The notes beneath the pieces are model-generated. The model made no database searches and was not told the DNA's origin. It was given only the letters and a program-made list of their open reading frames with translations. From the NCBI RefSeq assembly GCF_003918875.1, contig NW_025767457.1, positions 434,001 through 498,000 on the forward strand: a DNA stretch of 64,000 nucleotides, given 5' to 3'. The translations under genes were made by a program, and so were the position numbers. Shown here in pieces: positions 48,176 to 62,396 of the stretch; positions within the stretch are counted from its first letter, which is position 1; every line of letters begins with the position of its first letter. The DNA is from Haliotis rubra. Taxonomy: Eukaryota.

Positions 48176-49204
48176 CAGCTATGAAAGAACGTACATCGGT
48201 GAAACATCAACATCTCCGTCACTAAAAACCACTGATTATCTGACAAAACAAAACACCAAATCCGCCATCTGAGTTCACATGCAAATAACCTACAGTCATG
48301 AGACTAAGAAAGCCTAAAGAAACAAGTAATCAAAAAACTTTTGTAAGCAATAAACACGAAAATATTCAATCTAAAGAGACCAACGTCATTCCCCGCCCCA
48401 TCAGGTTACCATCACTTCGTCAATCAGAATAACAGAGTGGGATCCAGTGTAACACTCTGTAAGTAAACACCACCTACAGGAACTCCTCAAAACAGCTAAT
48501 GTCTTTCTTGATACTACGTACTGCAACATCATCTAAATTCAGCTTACATAATTGAATACAGCTCATTCACATGTATTTAGTATGATATTATTGCGCCAAA
48601 TCTTCGCGTTGTTTAGACTTTATTGCTTCATCTTCAAAAGTATTTCTTTTATAGATTTAAGTAAAACTGCATAGACATTGGTTTGTCCAAATTTTACGTT
48701 TATCTAAACCTGAAACATATTGATAATGTGACCTTTCTTACAACTGTAAAGATTTTTTGTCTATTGTTATAAAATACTGGAATGACAAAATTTAGATATA
48801 ATCACGGTTGTGGTAATAGAATAAGGTAGAAACATAGCAATTAAATGAAAGAACATGTTGACGTCCATTTTTGTCATCAACATCGAACGAATGTGGAATA
48901 TGAAAAAGTATTCTTCGTCAATATATGTTTATATGTAACCCCTAAAGTTAATAATTTCAAGGTGTAATTATCATCCAAAAATTCCATGTGAAATAAAACA
49001 GTTGGCAAAACCACGCTCAAAATGGGTATAATAATATGCCACAATAATAATAATAGTATATACCCTCTCTTTCGGATTCCATCTTTAACCACCAAATCAT
49101 CAACTCAATGACTGATGTTATTAAACACCAGATTCCGGGGGGATACATTTTGCAATGTCTTTATTGAACCACAAGAGAACGTATGTGACTAGATTTAACA
49201 GCAT

Positions 49205-50000
49205 CGAGTCTGCATTCAGAGACAACGTAGCAACATTTCTAAGAGGTTGCACTTGGTGAAATGGATTTTAACGATGTGCATCCTCATTAAACTAATGTAA
49301 AACCCACACAAAATGTACATGTGTAATTACACATTTTCTTCACAGCGTAAAATCAATATATTTTGAAAGCATTTGCCTTTAACATTCACAATATTGAAAG
49401 CCACGTCTGAGGAACGAGGGAAGAAAAACAAAATTGTGAAACTGGCAAACTGTCTGTTCAACGTCATGTTCACCCGAGATCTGTTTCAAGTGTCAGAGTA
49501 CCTTCTTAAAACCATTCTGCTTATAACTGCAGAACGAGCAAGACAATGTTTAAGACAAACCATGTTGCAAGCCTTTAACAACCAAACAATTACGATTCTC
49601 CTACATGTACGTTACCTACCGAAAGAAGATGACAGTAAGTGTTGCACTTGCGCAATCAGAGACAACATAGCAACATTGCTAAGAGGTATAGATAAAATGG
49701 ATTTTGACCGTCTGAATCCTCTTAAACCTAACGTAAAACCCATACTCCAGAGCTTAATTTACATGTGAAATTACACACTTAGGTTACGCAATGTAAAATC
49801 AGTTTATTTTTAAAAGCATGTGTCTTTCACCGACATGCGGTGATCTTGAACACCACGACTGAGGGATGACTGATATGAATTAGAGTGTCTGGTTAAAGTC
49901 ATGTTAATCCTGATGTCATGCTTCAAGTGTCAAAGTTCCTTCGTAAAACCATGTTTAAGGTAAACCATATTCCAAGCCTTTAACAACATAACACTCACGA
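49205..50000. repeat. Local tandem duplication, unit about 440 bp
   Basis: tcagagacaac.tagcaacatt.ctaagagg...gtaaaaccca...tcaagtgtca.agt.ccttc.taaaaccat...caagcctttaacaac occurs twice. Confidence 0.8.
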
Positions 50001-50599
50001 TGCTGTTCACAAACCTATACAGAGATATCATCATGTCAGTACGAACGTGCGTGGTAGTACAGGCAGTAGAATACAAGAGCAGTGATTATAACAATACAAA
50101 CAATATAGGTCATGTTCACATCTCAGTAACAGGGAGGGTTAAACAGAGAGGCTATCCAGGCAATGATCATCACATACATTGCTGGTCTTCGGGTGGCGTG
50201 AGATGTTATGTGAGCTGAGAGGCAATAGCCTTATATACTCGACAAAGAGATTCTTCTAAATCTGGCAAATTCTAAATATGACACACGCCGCCGACCAATG
50301 GATATACAGGTACAATACATCAGGTGAAACCTACATCTTTCCAAACACTGAGACTAATTTATTCATCATTCTTGAAATTGACAGTATTCCAATACCAATA
50401 GAAATTATAGGTTATGTAACATGTGTAACGTTAACATTGCCTATGTGGAGGACGAGTTTCATTTTCTTCTGGTCTGCCATTGATATAGGGACATTAGGCA
50501 ACTACATATACCTTGCAAATACTGTACATAACCAATATCTTAATGTCAACTTCTAATTGTGAATCATTAAGAAACGTATCTATGTACATCCATAAAGTA

Positions 50600-50765
50600 C
50601 AAAGAACATGACTTGAGTCACACCATGTGCCTGTTTGTTTTCAGTCTCAACAGCAGCCACGATCACAAACACATCATTGTCTCCGACCGATAACATGGTC
50701 TTTTGTTAATTGGAACATGTGTTGGAGATGTTGTTCCAGTTTGACGTTTTATTATCTGGAACTAA
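50600..50765 (+). repeat. About 165 bp near-identical direct repeat (second copy 53900-54060)
   Basis: acaccatgtgcctgtttgttttcagtctcaacagcagccacgatcacaaacac...ttttattatctggaact. Confidence 0.9.
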
Positions 50766-51859
50766 CTATGTTGCTGAAAAAAGTATCACTACCAAGTATT
50801 GAAGTTAAAAGCACTTAAACATAAATAGATCAAACCATCTTTATATATGCATTGGTAACACGTCTTGACAATTGATTATTGTATTGTAGTCATGGGCCGA
50901 TGGCCTACACTATTTCTGTAATAAAGGATTGAATTGAAATACCGCTCCCTGTTTCGTAATAATATCAATGTAGGCGTCAAAACCGTGAGGTCAAACAGAA
51001 GAAATACACATTAGATGATCAGATGAACATTTATGTTACCAAGACGACGGCAGAAAATACGCAGAAAATACTATTATATATTTGCGCTCAGTGACGTAAC
51101 CAGCCACCTTTTGTGTCAAGGAAATAACTGACATAAGTATGATGTTGTTGAAACCTTTTGCTAAATTTCTGCTATCACAAAATAGAGATTTCACAAAATA
51201 GAGGTACAAGTAGCCGCAGTAGAAATACCAGAAACATTCATATTTAGAGGCTAGGTTTATTCCAAAATGCCAAGAAAGTCAAGTACGCCAGATTGAGGGA
51301 ACTAAGATGTGCATGCCTCAGCAAACTGTGGACTGAAAAGAGAATGAATCACAAGTGGACCTCATATGTGTCACATTTACTGTCGAACGATAACCCTGTA
51401 TTGTAGTTACATGTAGATATTGAGTGAAGGGATGGATGTGGAGGAAATATGAAAGACAAATACATTTCAAAGGATCAGACCTTCACTGAGGTCGATGAGA
51501 AAGAGCATGAACATAACACGACACTTACACAAGAGCGGAGACCATTAAAAACTGTCTTTAAAACCTTAACTAGAATTCGTCTCCAGAACTCCAGAAGAAA
51601 ACGAGTTAATGTTGTAATATTTTTATGTTGATTTATAATAACCATCTTGCCTGATTGGGATTCCGATAGCTGGTAATACACCTGTAGCCTATTGTCTTCC
51701 ATTTCCAATTAGACCTGACTTGTTCAAGTATTTCTGTCACTGACATCGATCTTTATCTGTAAGGTAGAGCAAATGAGAGTGAAGAGGTAATATGATTCAT
51801 AACATCAACAGTTCTTGGAACACAGTCTTAAAAATGTTGCCATGAACTAAGCCTCACAA

Positions 51860-52350
51860 ACACACTAAGTGTTCAACATTTCACTTCTGTACACATGACC
51901 AAGCTCATGCTTTTCACTATTTGGACCTGTAACAAAATCAGGTTCTATTCTTGTTCCTAGACGAACAATTGCCCTTTACATGTGTTTATGGCGGGCGCTA
52001 CTGGTAGCGAACATTTGGGCGAATACATGGTATCGGAACTTTTGGATAGTCATAAATACATGCTCATAAAAGAGTCGGAATTATACAAAATGCTGTCAGA
52101 AACTAATGTTGTGTCTCACACACTCACACACCAAATATTCAACATTTCACGGATGTGCACTGGATCAAGCCCATGCGAGTCCCTAGTTTTGGTTCCAGTG
52201 TTGTTGTTCTTAGTTAAAGAAATGCCTTGCCTTTGTGTATCTGGCGCTCGCTGCTGACAGGGCATGGTGCACTAACATTTTGGTGAATACATGGTATTAT
52301 CACTATTTGATAGTGTGTCATAATTACATGCTCAAGAAATAGTCGGAACT
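51860..52350. repeat. Degenerate tandem duplication, unit about 260 bp
   Basis: ttcaacatttcac...aacattt.gg.gaatacatggtat...acatgctca...agtcggaa occurs twice. Confidence 0.65.
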
Positions 52351-53899
52351 GTACAATCGACATTTCTTTTGAATATGGAAGGGTTCTCACGTTTATATTT
52401 ACGCAAAAGTGGGGTATGTTTTCAAACATGCTGAACGTTTTCATTAACAAGAGGTATTATGACTGATTTGCAGTGTTACTTCCATACAGTTCTCATAGCT
52501 GTGTTGCTTTTTTGTCAAATGTTATTCTATGGCGTTGGCGTTTTAAAATTCCATTTTTAGCATACATTACTTTTACTCATGATTTACAACATTTCCAATC
52601 TAAATTACACCAGTTCTGAAGGGTTAATGTATAATCTGGATTAACGCGCTACTTCTAATGTACACGATATAACATCAGTTATGTGTTAACCTTTTTGTGT
52701 GCATTGTGCTTTCTAATGGATCTGAACAGGTATTTCCCGGACAAAGCCCTCTAAGTATGGTAATAGACCATTCCCAACTCGTAAATCAACCATGATGGTA
52801 TGGTACTTCAGGCAATCACAGCGCCGCATTTCGTTCGTAGTTTGACATGTATGGCAATTACCTAAAAATATATAATGTCCATTTCCTTTTGCAAAATTCA
52901 TGCCTTTTTTAAAAAGAATTTGCGTTATCAATGCAGATAATCAAATGAAATATGCTAATTTAGACCAACACTATATACGACAAAAACGGAAATAGTAAAT
53001 GTGAGTTCAAGCAAATGAACTGTGCCAGATGACTCGGCTTATGCATATTTTGAAGCTGTTGATGGAACAAAAGTCGCTGCAAATATATCACTTTTAAAAT
53101 ATGTATGGATATTTCACCAGAGTCTGATCAACAAAACCACCATAGAGCTTATACCTTAATCAGAATAGGAGACATTAAAACTGGTTTAATTGACTCTGGA
53201 CTGACATTTATTCCTCTTTGAAGAGATTTACAAATACTAACGCAAACCCTTAACATAGCCATAGTGTACCTGCTAAAACGCAAGGGCCATTTTTCATTCC
53301 GAATAGATCTACACGTGTAACATAGGAATATGTTTGTGAAGGTCTATGACTTTGAACAGCATTCTACTATATCGTTGGAACTCAACTTGACATATTCCGA
53401 GGCAGCTGTGGCTACCAGGGAATTATTCCAGATAACTACCATTTTTGTGTTTTCCTTTTACCATCATTCTTGCACTTCTAAAACCGCCTTTGGAAGAAAC
53501 TCAAGTGAAAACCAATGGATTTAGGGTAGCATCAAGTTATTAGCGTCAGTTAGCATCATGGCGATAGCCAGTTCTCTCTATCCATCTAAATCAGTTCTGT
53601 TTAGTTGTCAGCATACATAACAGGGAACGCTAGGCAGCCAATGGCTATGCTCATCTACAGTTAAACTAATTCCACTGACGCCAACTTATAGACTTCAAAG
53701 GACACAGGGGACTCAAAAAGAAGATAATGTTTTCAATTTCTTTGCTAGTGGGCATCAGGTTACAGAAAGGCAGTTGTTGCTGTTGTTCTTGTTGATGATA
53801 ATGCTGATGCTGCTGCTGCTGATGATGTTATTGTTGTTTGCTAATTTATATATTTAAACAAATATACTTCACATATTTGAAGACGTCATTGGCACAGAG

Positions 53900-54060
53900 A
53901 ACACGATTTGAGTTACACCATGTGCCTGTTTGTTTTCAGTCTCAACAGCAGCCACGATCACAAACACATCATTGTCTCCGTCCGATAACATGGTCTTTTG
54001 CTAATTGGAACGTGTGTTGGAGATGTTGCTCCAGTTTGACGTTTTATTATCTGGAACTAT
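53900..54060 (+). repeat. Second copy of the 165 bp direct repeat
   Basis: Matches 50600-50765. Confidence 0.9.
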
Positions 54061-55468
54061 CTTGATGCTAAATGATGGTTTGAAGCAAAAAATACACATT
54101 ATGTCGATAAAGGCTTCATTTGGTTCGTGTATTTCTTCTGAGTAAATAACAGATATTCCCAAAGCTATACTCCTGAAAACCATGGTTAGCTCAGTACGGT
54201 AATAAGGCCAGTGGAGTGATTCGGATTATCTGGAAGAGGGAATATGATGGCGCCAGACAGCGCTGGAGAAATTATCAGATAGTTTTGCCAGATGCTTGTC
54301 CAAATGTAACGCACAGAATCTGGACGAAGACACAAACGATTGTTATTAATAGAGAGAAAGGATAAACGTATCTTACACAACGCAAGAGGAAAAATGAAAT
54401 GGTTCTGAAACTGTTTGAGCATAGAATATCATTGATGGTTTATTGATATTGTCAAACCGAAGGATTCAAATAGAAAAAGCATCCATGGTTAACACTCATA
54501 GAAAACTGTGTGCAACAGGCAATCGAGACTCGGTATTCTCTCGGTATATCACAGCGAAGTACCATTTTCTAACTCATATTAGAATCTGTATAATAGTATA
54601 TTTCGATTTGCATCCGTGCTACAGCAGTCAATGAGAGGGTTAGTTGAACCTCGTTCTCTATTTAATCACCTCCAGGTTAAACTACATGTACATCCATGTA
54701 TATTGCCCTATTGTCTGTGGTTGTTGAAGTCCAATGGTATATGTTACATATTAAATGTGTAAATGCAGGCAATATCTAGAGGCACCAGATTCCCTGACAG
54801 TTACTTTGCAACTGTCCTTGTGCACAGAAGCTAGTGAGAGATTCGTGTTCTCACAATGGTTTACTTAGATTTTTCCCGGTAAACGTTATCCCGCTGTCAT
54901 TGTTCTTTAACACATTATGAATATCAAACACCATGGACGCTTGTAAACATATGTAAAGTGGGTGGACATGTGCGTTTGTGAATGTGGTTTACATGAATAT
55001 GGAAACAAACAGTTTTTTCATAGCATTTGTGTATTGAATACAAATGTATTGATCACTGAAGAAGTCTGGTTAACTCGTCCTATACTGAATTAAAAAGAAG
55101 GTTGATTAAGTTGAAGTGTTAATTGAAACGTGCACATGTTTACTTATAATTATTTTCACAGAGGCTTATTTCCAATTTAAGTCACATCAAACCCCTTGAC
55201 CATGAAGGTTTCAAATACACCAGACCATTGTTTAGTTCTGACCCAGTATACTAAGTGTGGTAAGTACTAATAAAGATGTTGTATAATGCAGTGTGGCCCT
55301 CTGTACTGGCGTTTGCTTTGATTTCTTTCTGAACAGCATTTCCAATACTCTCACGTTTGCTTTTTTCGTTTCCGAACCTGTTGAGCATTATTGTTTCCCC
55401 AATGTCATGTTATACTTGACTTTTGAGAAACAGTCAACAGACATGATAACATACTACCTTTGCTTACA

Positions 55469-58400
55469 ACATCTTATATCTTAGCGGTCGGTGAAATTTC
55501 TCAGGTCTATGATGCCATGAATTTTACAGGCAGTGCAGTGCTTTGAAGGCCTTTTGACAGTGGGATTTACAAACGTATATGTCGCATACTCAGAGCTCAT
55601 AGATACAAATAGGCAAACCCGTTTAAAAGGGCCTTGAGATTTGGCTATGGAATTAACCTTACACACGAAATATTTTGCCTGGCCATTATTAAAAACCAAA
55701 CTGCCTTTAAACTTATGACTATCCTGTGTAAGGATTGTTTTGCACTAGCTAAATATACGAACGCCTTTCACCTTTCCAGGCTATCAATAAAGACAGTACT
55801 CAGCGTCATATGTTCTAAAACTGGCCTCTAGTTTCTCATATGCCAATGACGCTATTTGGTAGACTGTATACATAAAACTATACATTAAGGGACTCAGATA
55901 CGCCGGTCATATACCTGTTTCAACTTTAGAAAGCATGAGCTGGTTTGGCTGTCAAAGAAATACAAGAAGACTCTGCTTTCAGAAATATTTCAGCAAGATC
56001 ACGGTGTGGGAAATCTGGCTGTGCTGTTACATTTCAATACTGATATTACAAACTGACGCTGACCTTTGCATGTAGCTTTTGCTATTCCGTCAAGAGTATA
56101 AAGCATGATGAAACTGAAAATATACCAAAAAGAATTGAACGTTGTACGTTCCGTGTAACAACCGCCTTTCTGTCATCTACCCACTGAGATAAGATGACCA
56201 AAGTGAAACACAAATTATCCACATTATTACGCCCAATCATCCTGACAGCACGGTCGGCCATTACAACGCAGGGAGTCGAGGACAACGGTAACACAATGGC
56301 TTGGCAAATGTCAAGGGTAGGTTGTTTCTGGTTAAGTCAAACATAGAGCAGAAATTAGAGGAATGAAGTCTAAAACAATTATTTCCGTATGCCTTTAATA
56401 TGTAAGGTTTGGGATTATATATCAAAAGAAAGAGTTTTCTCTGTAAATGCAAGAAACATGCCTACTCGTGGAGACTCTGTTTATGTGCACAGTGCCGGAA
56501 GCCTATAAAAGTCAAGTCTGTCGGCAAAAGGACAGTTGCGTGTCTCTTAAGGACATTGCTTGGGAGGAGACTGACGTAAGTGTCTGTCTGTTGTATGTTC
56601 CCGACACCATTGCACTGAAGTCACGACCAACATCAATCTATCTCACAGCTGTTACTTCCAGTCGTATTCCTGATAGAATTGCCACAGTGCTAAAAGGATT
56701 TCATAGACATAACTTACTTTAAGGTGTTGCGCTAAATGGCATCTGTCGTATTAAAACTACGTTCTAGTGTCCGTGATATATATGAAATTGTCATGATATT
56801 AGGAATGGGTTGTCTTTAAGATCTTAATGCTGTCATTTTGATTGTCTTTAAAAATGACTCTGCCATTTTATGGGCTGCATATATATGTTCAATGCGGCCA
56901 TCATATACTTGTAAAACTAGGTCATACATGTGTTGAATTACGAATGGTTTGTGTGTAATATTTATTCATAAATCACATATGAAGAGATGACCCTTTTGAT
57001 AACAACACAAATACATTAAACAGTGTTAAATAACATTATGCGCTACCAGAATATGTTGGTAACAGCATGTCATCAAATGATGGATACGGTACTACTGCGC
57101 AGTATTCTTCCAAGTCTGCTCTACCAGACGGATAATCTACACCCGATAGACACATATATGTTTCACACAATACAAGACATGCCTAGACGCTACGCATGCA
57201 TGTAAAGATTGTATTGCTGATGAATTTTACTTGAATATATCCTTGAGCTTTGCAGTTGCCTATGATCCATCTCAGGAACAATTCGTTCCACATAGAGCAA
57301 TGGACTCGTATCGGGGTATTGTGAAGGTTCAGAGTATGACTAATGAATATACATTATGTCCAATGTCCTCGAGGTATCGGCTTTGTTGTCAGGTTGCACC
57401 TTATGGGAACAGTCTGTGATCGAATGATCAGCTACAGGTGCTGTAATCATACTCCTTGCTTCTACGACCGTGAAGGCCCAGGGGCCCGTTTCACAAAGCG
57501 ATCGTAGCGCTACACTGTCGTAAGTCTAATCTGAGAGGGTACGTAAGTCCAAAAACTTTCAAAGTAAAATGTTCACGTACTAAGTTTTTAAACGTAGTAT
57601 TTTTGTTCTTTTAAATTTCGGCTTAATTATCCTACAATCGCCAGCGGGTGAAGGGATGGTGTAAATCCAGCTAGGGTCCATGCAGGTAGCAAAAGTAATG
57701 TAAGTCCCCACATGGTTCCTAGTATGGTGATCTACCTTCAGTTGTTGGCGATCTATAGCCTGTATTTTATATTGTACTGTCTTCTTTAATTGGAATATTT
57801 TAACTTTGCTCGCTAGTTTTATATTTATATCTGTGATTCTCTAGTCTTTTTACTGTCCATCGTCGACAGCTTTTAATCTTCAAAATGTTTCCACTTTTTA
57901 TTGTATGGATTGATTTCGTCACGATATGGCTGAGATATTGCCGATGTGACGTTAAATATTAACTCACTCACTCACTCACTTTGCAGTGAAGGCACTTGTA
58001 ATCTCAGGTACATGTAAGAGTGGCTTTCCATCTGTTCTCCTTTTTGTTGTATACCTTGCCCAGAATTGATCTTTGATATGGAGGCATGCTGGAGCCAGTT
58101 GCAATGCCAGGTACATCTCGTCGTGTTTGTTGTTGTTGCTACTGCTGCTGTTTTATTGTATCTGATCGTGTACAACCCAGATTCTTTATGGAGCACTAGT
58201 ATCTCATGTCACTGAGTATATAAGCTTTCTGGCTTATTTTAAACGAAGACTCTCCCCTCAGAGATAAATGCACATGTACCATATGTAACATGTTACAAAT
58301 TCAGGCTGAAATCTTTTTAGCCCATTTACCAAACATTTTCATTAAACCGTTTCTTATTGCTACTACGTCTTGTGTCTCCCTGTGGGGACATGCCACATTA

Positions 58401-59708
58401 CTGCTCCACAATGTCACTGCTTTTGTCCCCAAATTTTACACAAGACGTACGACAACACCTGAAACAAATCAGCTTGGCTAATCCGTGCGAGCTGTGCCAA
58501 ACCATTTAAGTTCAGTTGTCAACAGACCTCGATCTCTGATGCTGTCACTAATTGATGCTCAGACACAGTTCTTCATGAGCTCCGCACACAGCTCTCAGGA
58601 CATTATTGAAACCTAGCCAGAACTATGAAACAGAGCCACTCCTGAAGAGCACAGAACGCTGTGTGAATACGAACGTTTTATTGCAGACGTCAATTTATTC
58701 ATTCATTGTGGTGCCCCATCTTCCGCCAACATATGAGTATGAAGCACGTGGACGCCTAATAACATAAATTAAAAAACGTCGTGTTAGGAATAAAGAGAAT
58801 ATCCTACATTGAAGGTGCTACCATAAAGATATAAGCTAGGATAACTCAAAAGAACTAGTACAATATCGTTCCATTGTATGGAATCCATATTTCGGATATT
58901 AATTTCACACGCAGAATGAGCAATGTCGGCCGTTGACAAAACAGAAAATATATAAATTGATTAAGTAGGTTGGATCAATTTATCCCTTCTGGGTTTTAAT
59001 AAGAAATTCTATCCCCTGTCTCATATTCAGTATTTATTGATTATATTCATCTTCTATTGTAAGGATTCACCGTAGGATTAATGTCCATCTGTCATATGTT
59101 CTGGCTACTCGCTTGAGAAGCGTTTCTAGCGTCAGGGCATCGTAACATGGCTTCTATAGCTAGGTAATATCCGTCGAATGTCGTATTATTTATTCCCCCA
59201 ATCCCCACAAGCAACGCGTTGACCTTTACAGTTTGAAACGGTGGCCTACAGGGCAGCAAATCAAAGGATCACATAACTACAAACACAGACGGAAATAGGT
59301 GTGAAGATCTAGCAGAATCTCTTTCTCTGCTGAGAGTTTTGTGTGTCAGCTTCGGCAACATATTGGTTGTTTGTCTGATTATGATTATGAGAACACCACA
59401 TGGATACCATTCATTATTGACCTGAATACTTTAAATGCGACTTATATCAGCTTGCAGATTGGTAATCTATTATTGGTAATTGGTATCTATTGTAATGCTC
59501 GTAATAATAAGATGCATTGGTGGTGTAAGCAGGCACTGTATTGCACTGTCCAGATTTACTTAACATTAACTGAATCTGCTGATAGTGGGTTTGATTCCAA
59601 TGAGTAACACTATTTGTCTACTACACTTGTCAGAGATATGTCAAGCACGTCAAAATATGACCAGCTCAGCAGAATATGTCCGACCTAAACAGATTGTTAC
59701 TCGTTCAT
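55469..59708 (-). repeat. Right arm of long inverted repeat
   Basis: Reverse complement of 37003-41807 except about 57485-58480, which is non-homologous. Confidence 0.95.
57531..57980 (+). mobile_element. I/Nimb LINE 3'UTR fragment with (CACT)n tail
   Basis: ctgagagggtacgtaagtcc...cgtcacgatatggctgagatattgccgatgtgacgttaaatattaactcactcact. Confidence 0.92.
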
Positions 59709-59824
59709 CTGTCTTTGAAAGCAGGCAGGCATCTACTGCACAAGTTTCAGTCTGACTTCGCCACCTTTCATTGGTAATGTCTTTCGGTCCTACCTCTCAC
59801 AGTTGTATTGCGAGAATAAAACAA

Positions 59825-60182
59825 GGTGAGGTGAGGTGAAATTGGGTTTTACGTCGTGCTTGAGAATATTTCGCTCATATGACGACGTGCATGCGTGTGC
59901 ATGTGTATGTGCGGCTGCTTGTACTAGCCCAGACTGAAGCTGGTTTTATAGTGCTAGCTCACTGAGGTACCATGCCGCAGTGAAGCATGAATACCCCACT
60001 CAGACACATTATACCGACTCCGACCCCACCAGTCCTTGTTGTACCCATTAATGCCGAGCGCCAGGCAGGGACCAACAAATACCATATTTTAACGTCTTTT
60101 GATATGACGCGGTCGGGGATCGAACCCTGGACCTTCCGCTCTCCGGGCGGACGCTCTAACCACTACACCACGGAGGCGGTCT
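59825..60182 (-). mobile_element. tRNA-derived SINE with Meta/RUDI-type central domain and Nimb-type tail (family C)
   Basis: Minus strand A box tggtgtagtgg, B box ggttcgatccc, core ggtatttgttg...ggactgg...ataatgtgtctgagtggg...cagtgagctagcactataaaa, tail acgtcgt...acgacgtaaaac (tcacc)n; family name is from recall. Confidence 0.75.
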
Positions 60183-61124
60183 AGAATAAAAACAAACATT
60201 CTTTGTACGCTACAACCTCTTGTGTTCTTTGAAGAGTGCCAGAGGTTTTGATTTAACCTTGGCCTTGGCTTTGTTCATTTACAAGGTTGTTGCTATGCTA
60301 TACACAATACATTTAGTAAAGTAAAATTAAAGAGAAAACTGTTTCCTGCAGTCTTGAATTTAACAGCAGGGTGGTTATTGTGCTTGGCGTTGGGTTAAAC
60401 CAATAAACACGAAAACTGTCGCCCATTTGTCCAAATGACCAGACGAGTCTACAGAGTGGGAACAATGATGTCATTAAATGATTGTGCATGCAGAGTTCTA
60501 GAACTGTATTCAATAAATTAAGGTAATGTTTCAGGTGGCTAGACAAACAGGTTTTTGACACACGATAGATTAAGGAAAGCTGAGCCAATATGCTATTCAG
60601 CATCCCAAGTGTGGCTCTGATTCATCCCGCAACAAGCTAATGCTATCATTTGTCGCTAGAAGCGCAGTGAGACATACTTTTCCTTCAGGCAAGGGACGAT
60701 GCACAACTGAGTTACAATTGATGGGGAGATCAGAACGTTCGCTTGGGGCTTTAAATGGCAAAAATGGTCTTTAAATCAAATCTTCTTCGATTTGAAACGC
60801 TAAAAGGCAAAGAACAAAATCTTAAAAGCACATAAAAGAACAGATTATCCTTTCACGTAATGGCAAGTGTAGAATTTAACTTTAGTTTGTAGTGAAACGT
60901 GCACAGTGAAATGTTTGTGACATAACTAGTATTTAAAGAGATGATCACTCTCTCTAATTATCAACAATTCAGTGTTGTGCATTTTACTGTGTACTTTGGT
61001 CACACTATTCTTATGACATTATACTTTATTTAATTCACTTACCATGGCGTTATATAGAAAAGAGATTTTGTGTCGTTCCATCAGTTCATTATAACCCTCA
61101 TTTGGACAAACTTAACTATTCGGC

Positions 61125-61332
61125 TGGTTGGTTGGTTCGTTGTTTAACGCCGCACTCAGCAGTATTCCAGCTGTATGTCTGTAAATTAGCCGAGTCTGGA
61201 CCACGCAATCAAATGAGCAACAGCACAAGCATAGATCTACGATGACATGTGTCAACCAAATCAGCGAGCCCGACCACCCGATCCCGGTAGTCGCCGCTTA
61301 CGGCGAGATTCTAACCAGGATTTTCACGGGTC
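61125..61332 (-). mobile_element. SINE family A, degenerate
   Basis: tttaacgccgcactcagc...gaccacccgatcccggtagtcgcc...ttctaaccaggattttcacgggtc. Confidence 0.8.
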
Positions 61333-62396
61333 TATTCGGAAAATCGATTTCATGCGCAATCAACTGCTTTTTTCATGCGAAGACGCATCGCTTTGGCACT
61401 GAGTCTTCATTTACATTGAAATAAACTTTTATGTCTGAAACATTCACATTCTCAAAGGTTCAAAATTATTCCTAACAATAATTAAATTATACCATATATC
61501 CAATGTTTCCGCGTTACTGCTTTTATGTTCCCTTTGATGTGTCAACTGTGAAGATACTAAACCGATTTGACGTGGGAATACCTCCTTTCACTACAGTTTC
61601 ATAAAATAAAAAATATATAATTAAAGGAAATCAAATGTGTTTTCTTTTATATTTATCACACCTCCAGTTTTCCAAACATCAATACAAAATTTGGATGACA
61701 ATCAACCAGCAGCGAAACCATTACAAAATCTATTTTCTGCATGATGAATACGCTTTCGCCAAGTCTCTATATTTTCAAAAGGCTTCACTTTACAAAATTC
61801 CTTTTACGTGAAGCTAAAAACACCAAAGGCCAACGACCTCAGAACATTGTTATTGAAATGCAACCCTCCTATTCATGACAGTAGGCGGTTACAGAATTAT
61901 ATCTAACCTTTCAGAAAATAGTTGACAAGTGACGCACGCTTGATGCTTGACTTTGAATGAGGGTATAATTATTGTTCTCTGTTAATATGTTGCAGACATT
62001 TCAGGGAGCTTTATGGGAGTTATAATCAGTAAATTACGACAGAAAAAGAATTTGACCACATATCTATCAACATCGAAAAATAGAAGGCCGTAATCAGCTT
62101 TATTTTCACTCTCTGACTGCTTTGGTAATGCCGGTAAATACACTTTATGCTCTCTCTGGAAACTTAACTTATGTTTAGTGTTGTTAAGTACATGTATCTT
62201 AATCTAAATCAAAGTATAGGTATATGTCACTATGTCTTTGAAGTATGATTCTCATTCAAGAGTTTAGAGGTTTGTGGGACTCGGTGTGCACTTCAAGTTG
62301 CGTCCATTGACCACGACCGAAAGCTATGGTTACGTGGGAATGAATCCTGGTTCGCCACGATAATGTTTCTCGATCCGTCAGCAACGTACACGTGGG

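Noticed and set aside
57481-57530. Possible DNA transposon TIR remnant (ggggcccgtttcacaaagcg); similar tiny remnants at 42170-42220 and 28775-28835
   Set aside because: Too short, with no partner end, to assign a family
37003-59708. Giant TIR transposon (Polinton/Maverick, foldback)
   Set aside because: No TSD or terminal signature, and no polymerase, integrase or intact transposase in the spacer
62270-62396. GC-richer stretch upstream of the Tx1 fragment as an snRNA/tRNA/rRNA target site
   Set aside because: I could not match it to any structural RNA I know; it needs an Rfam search
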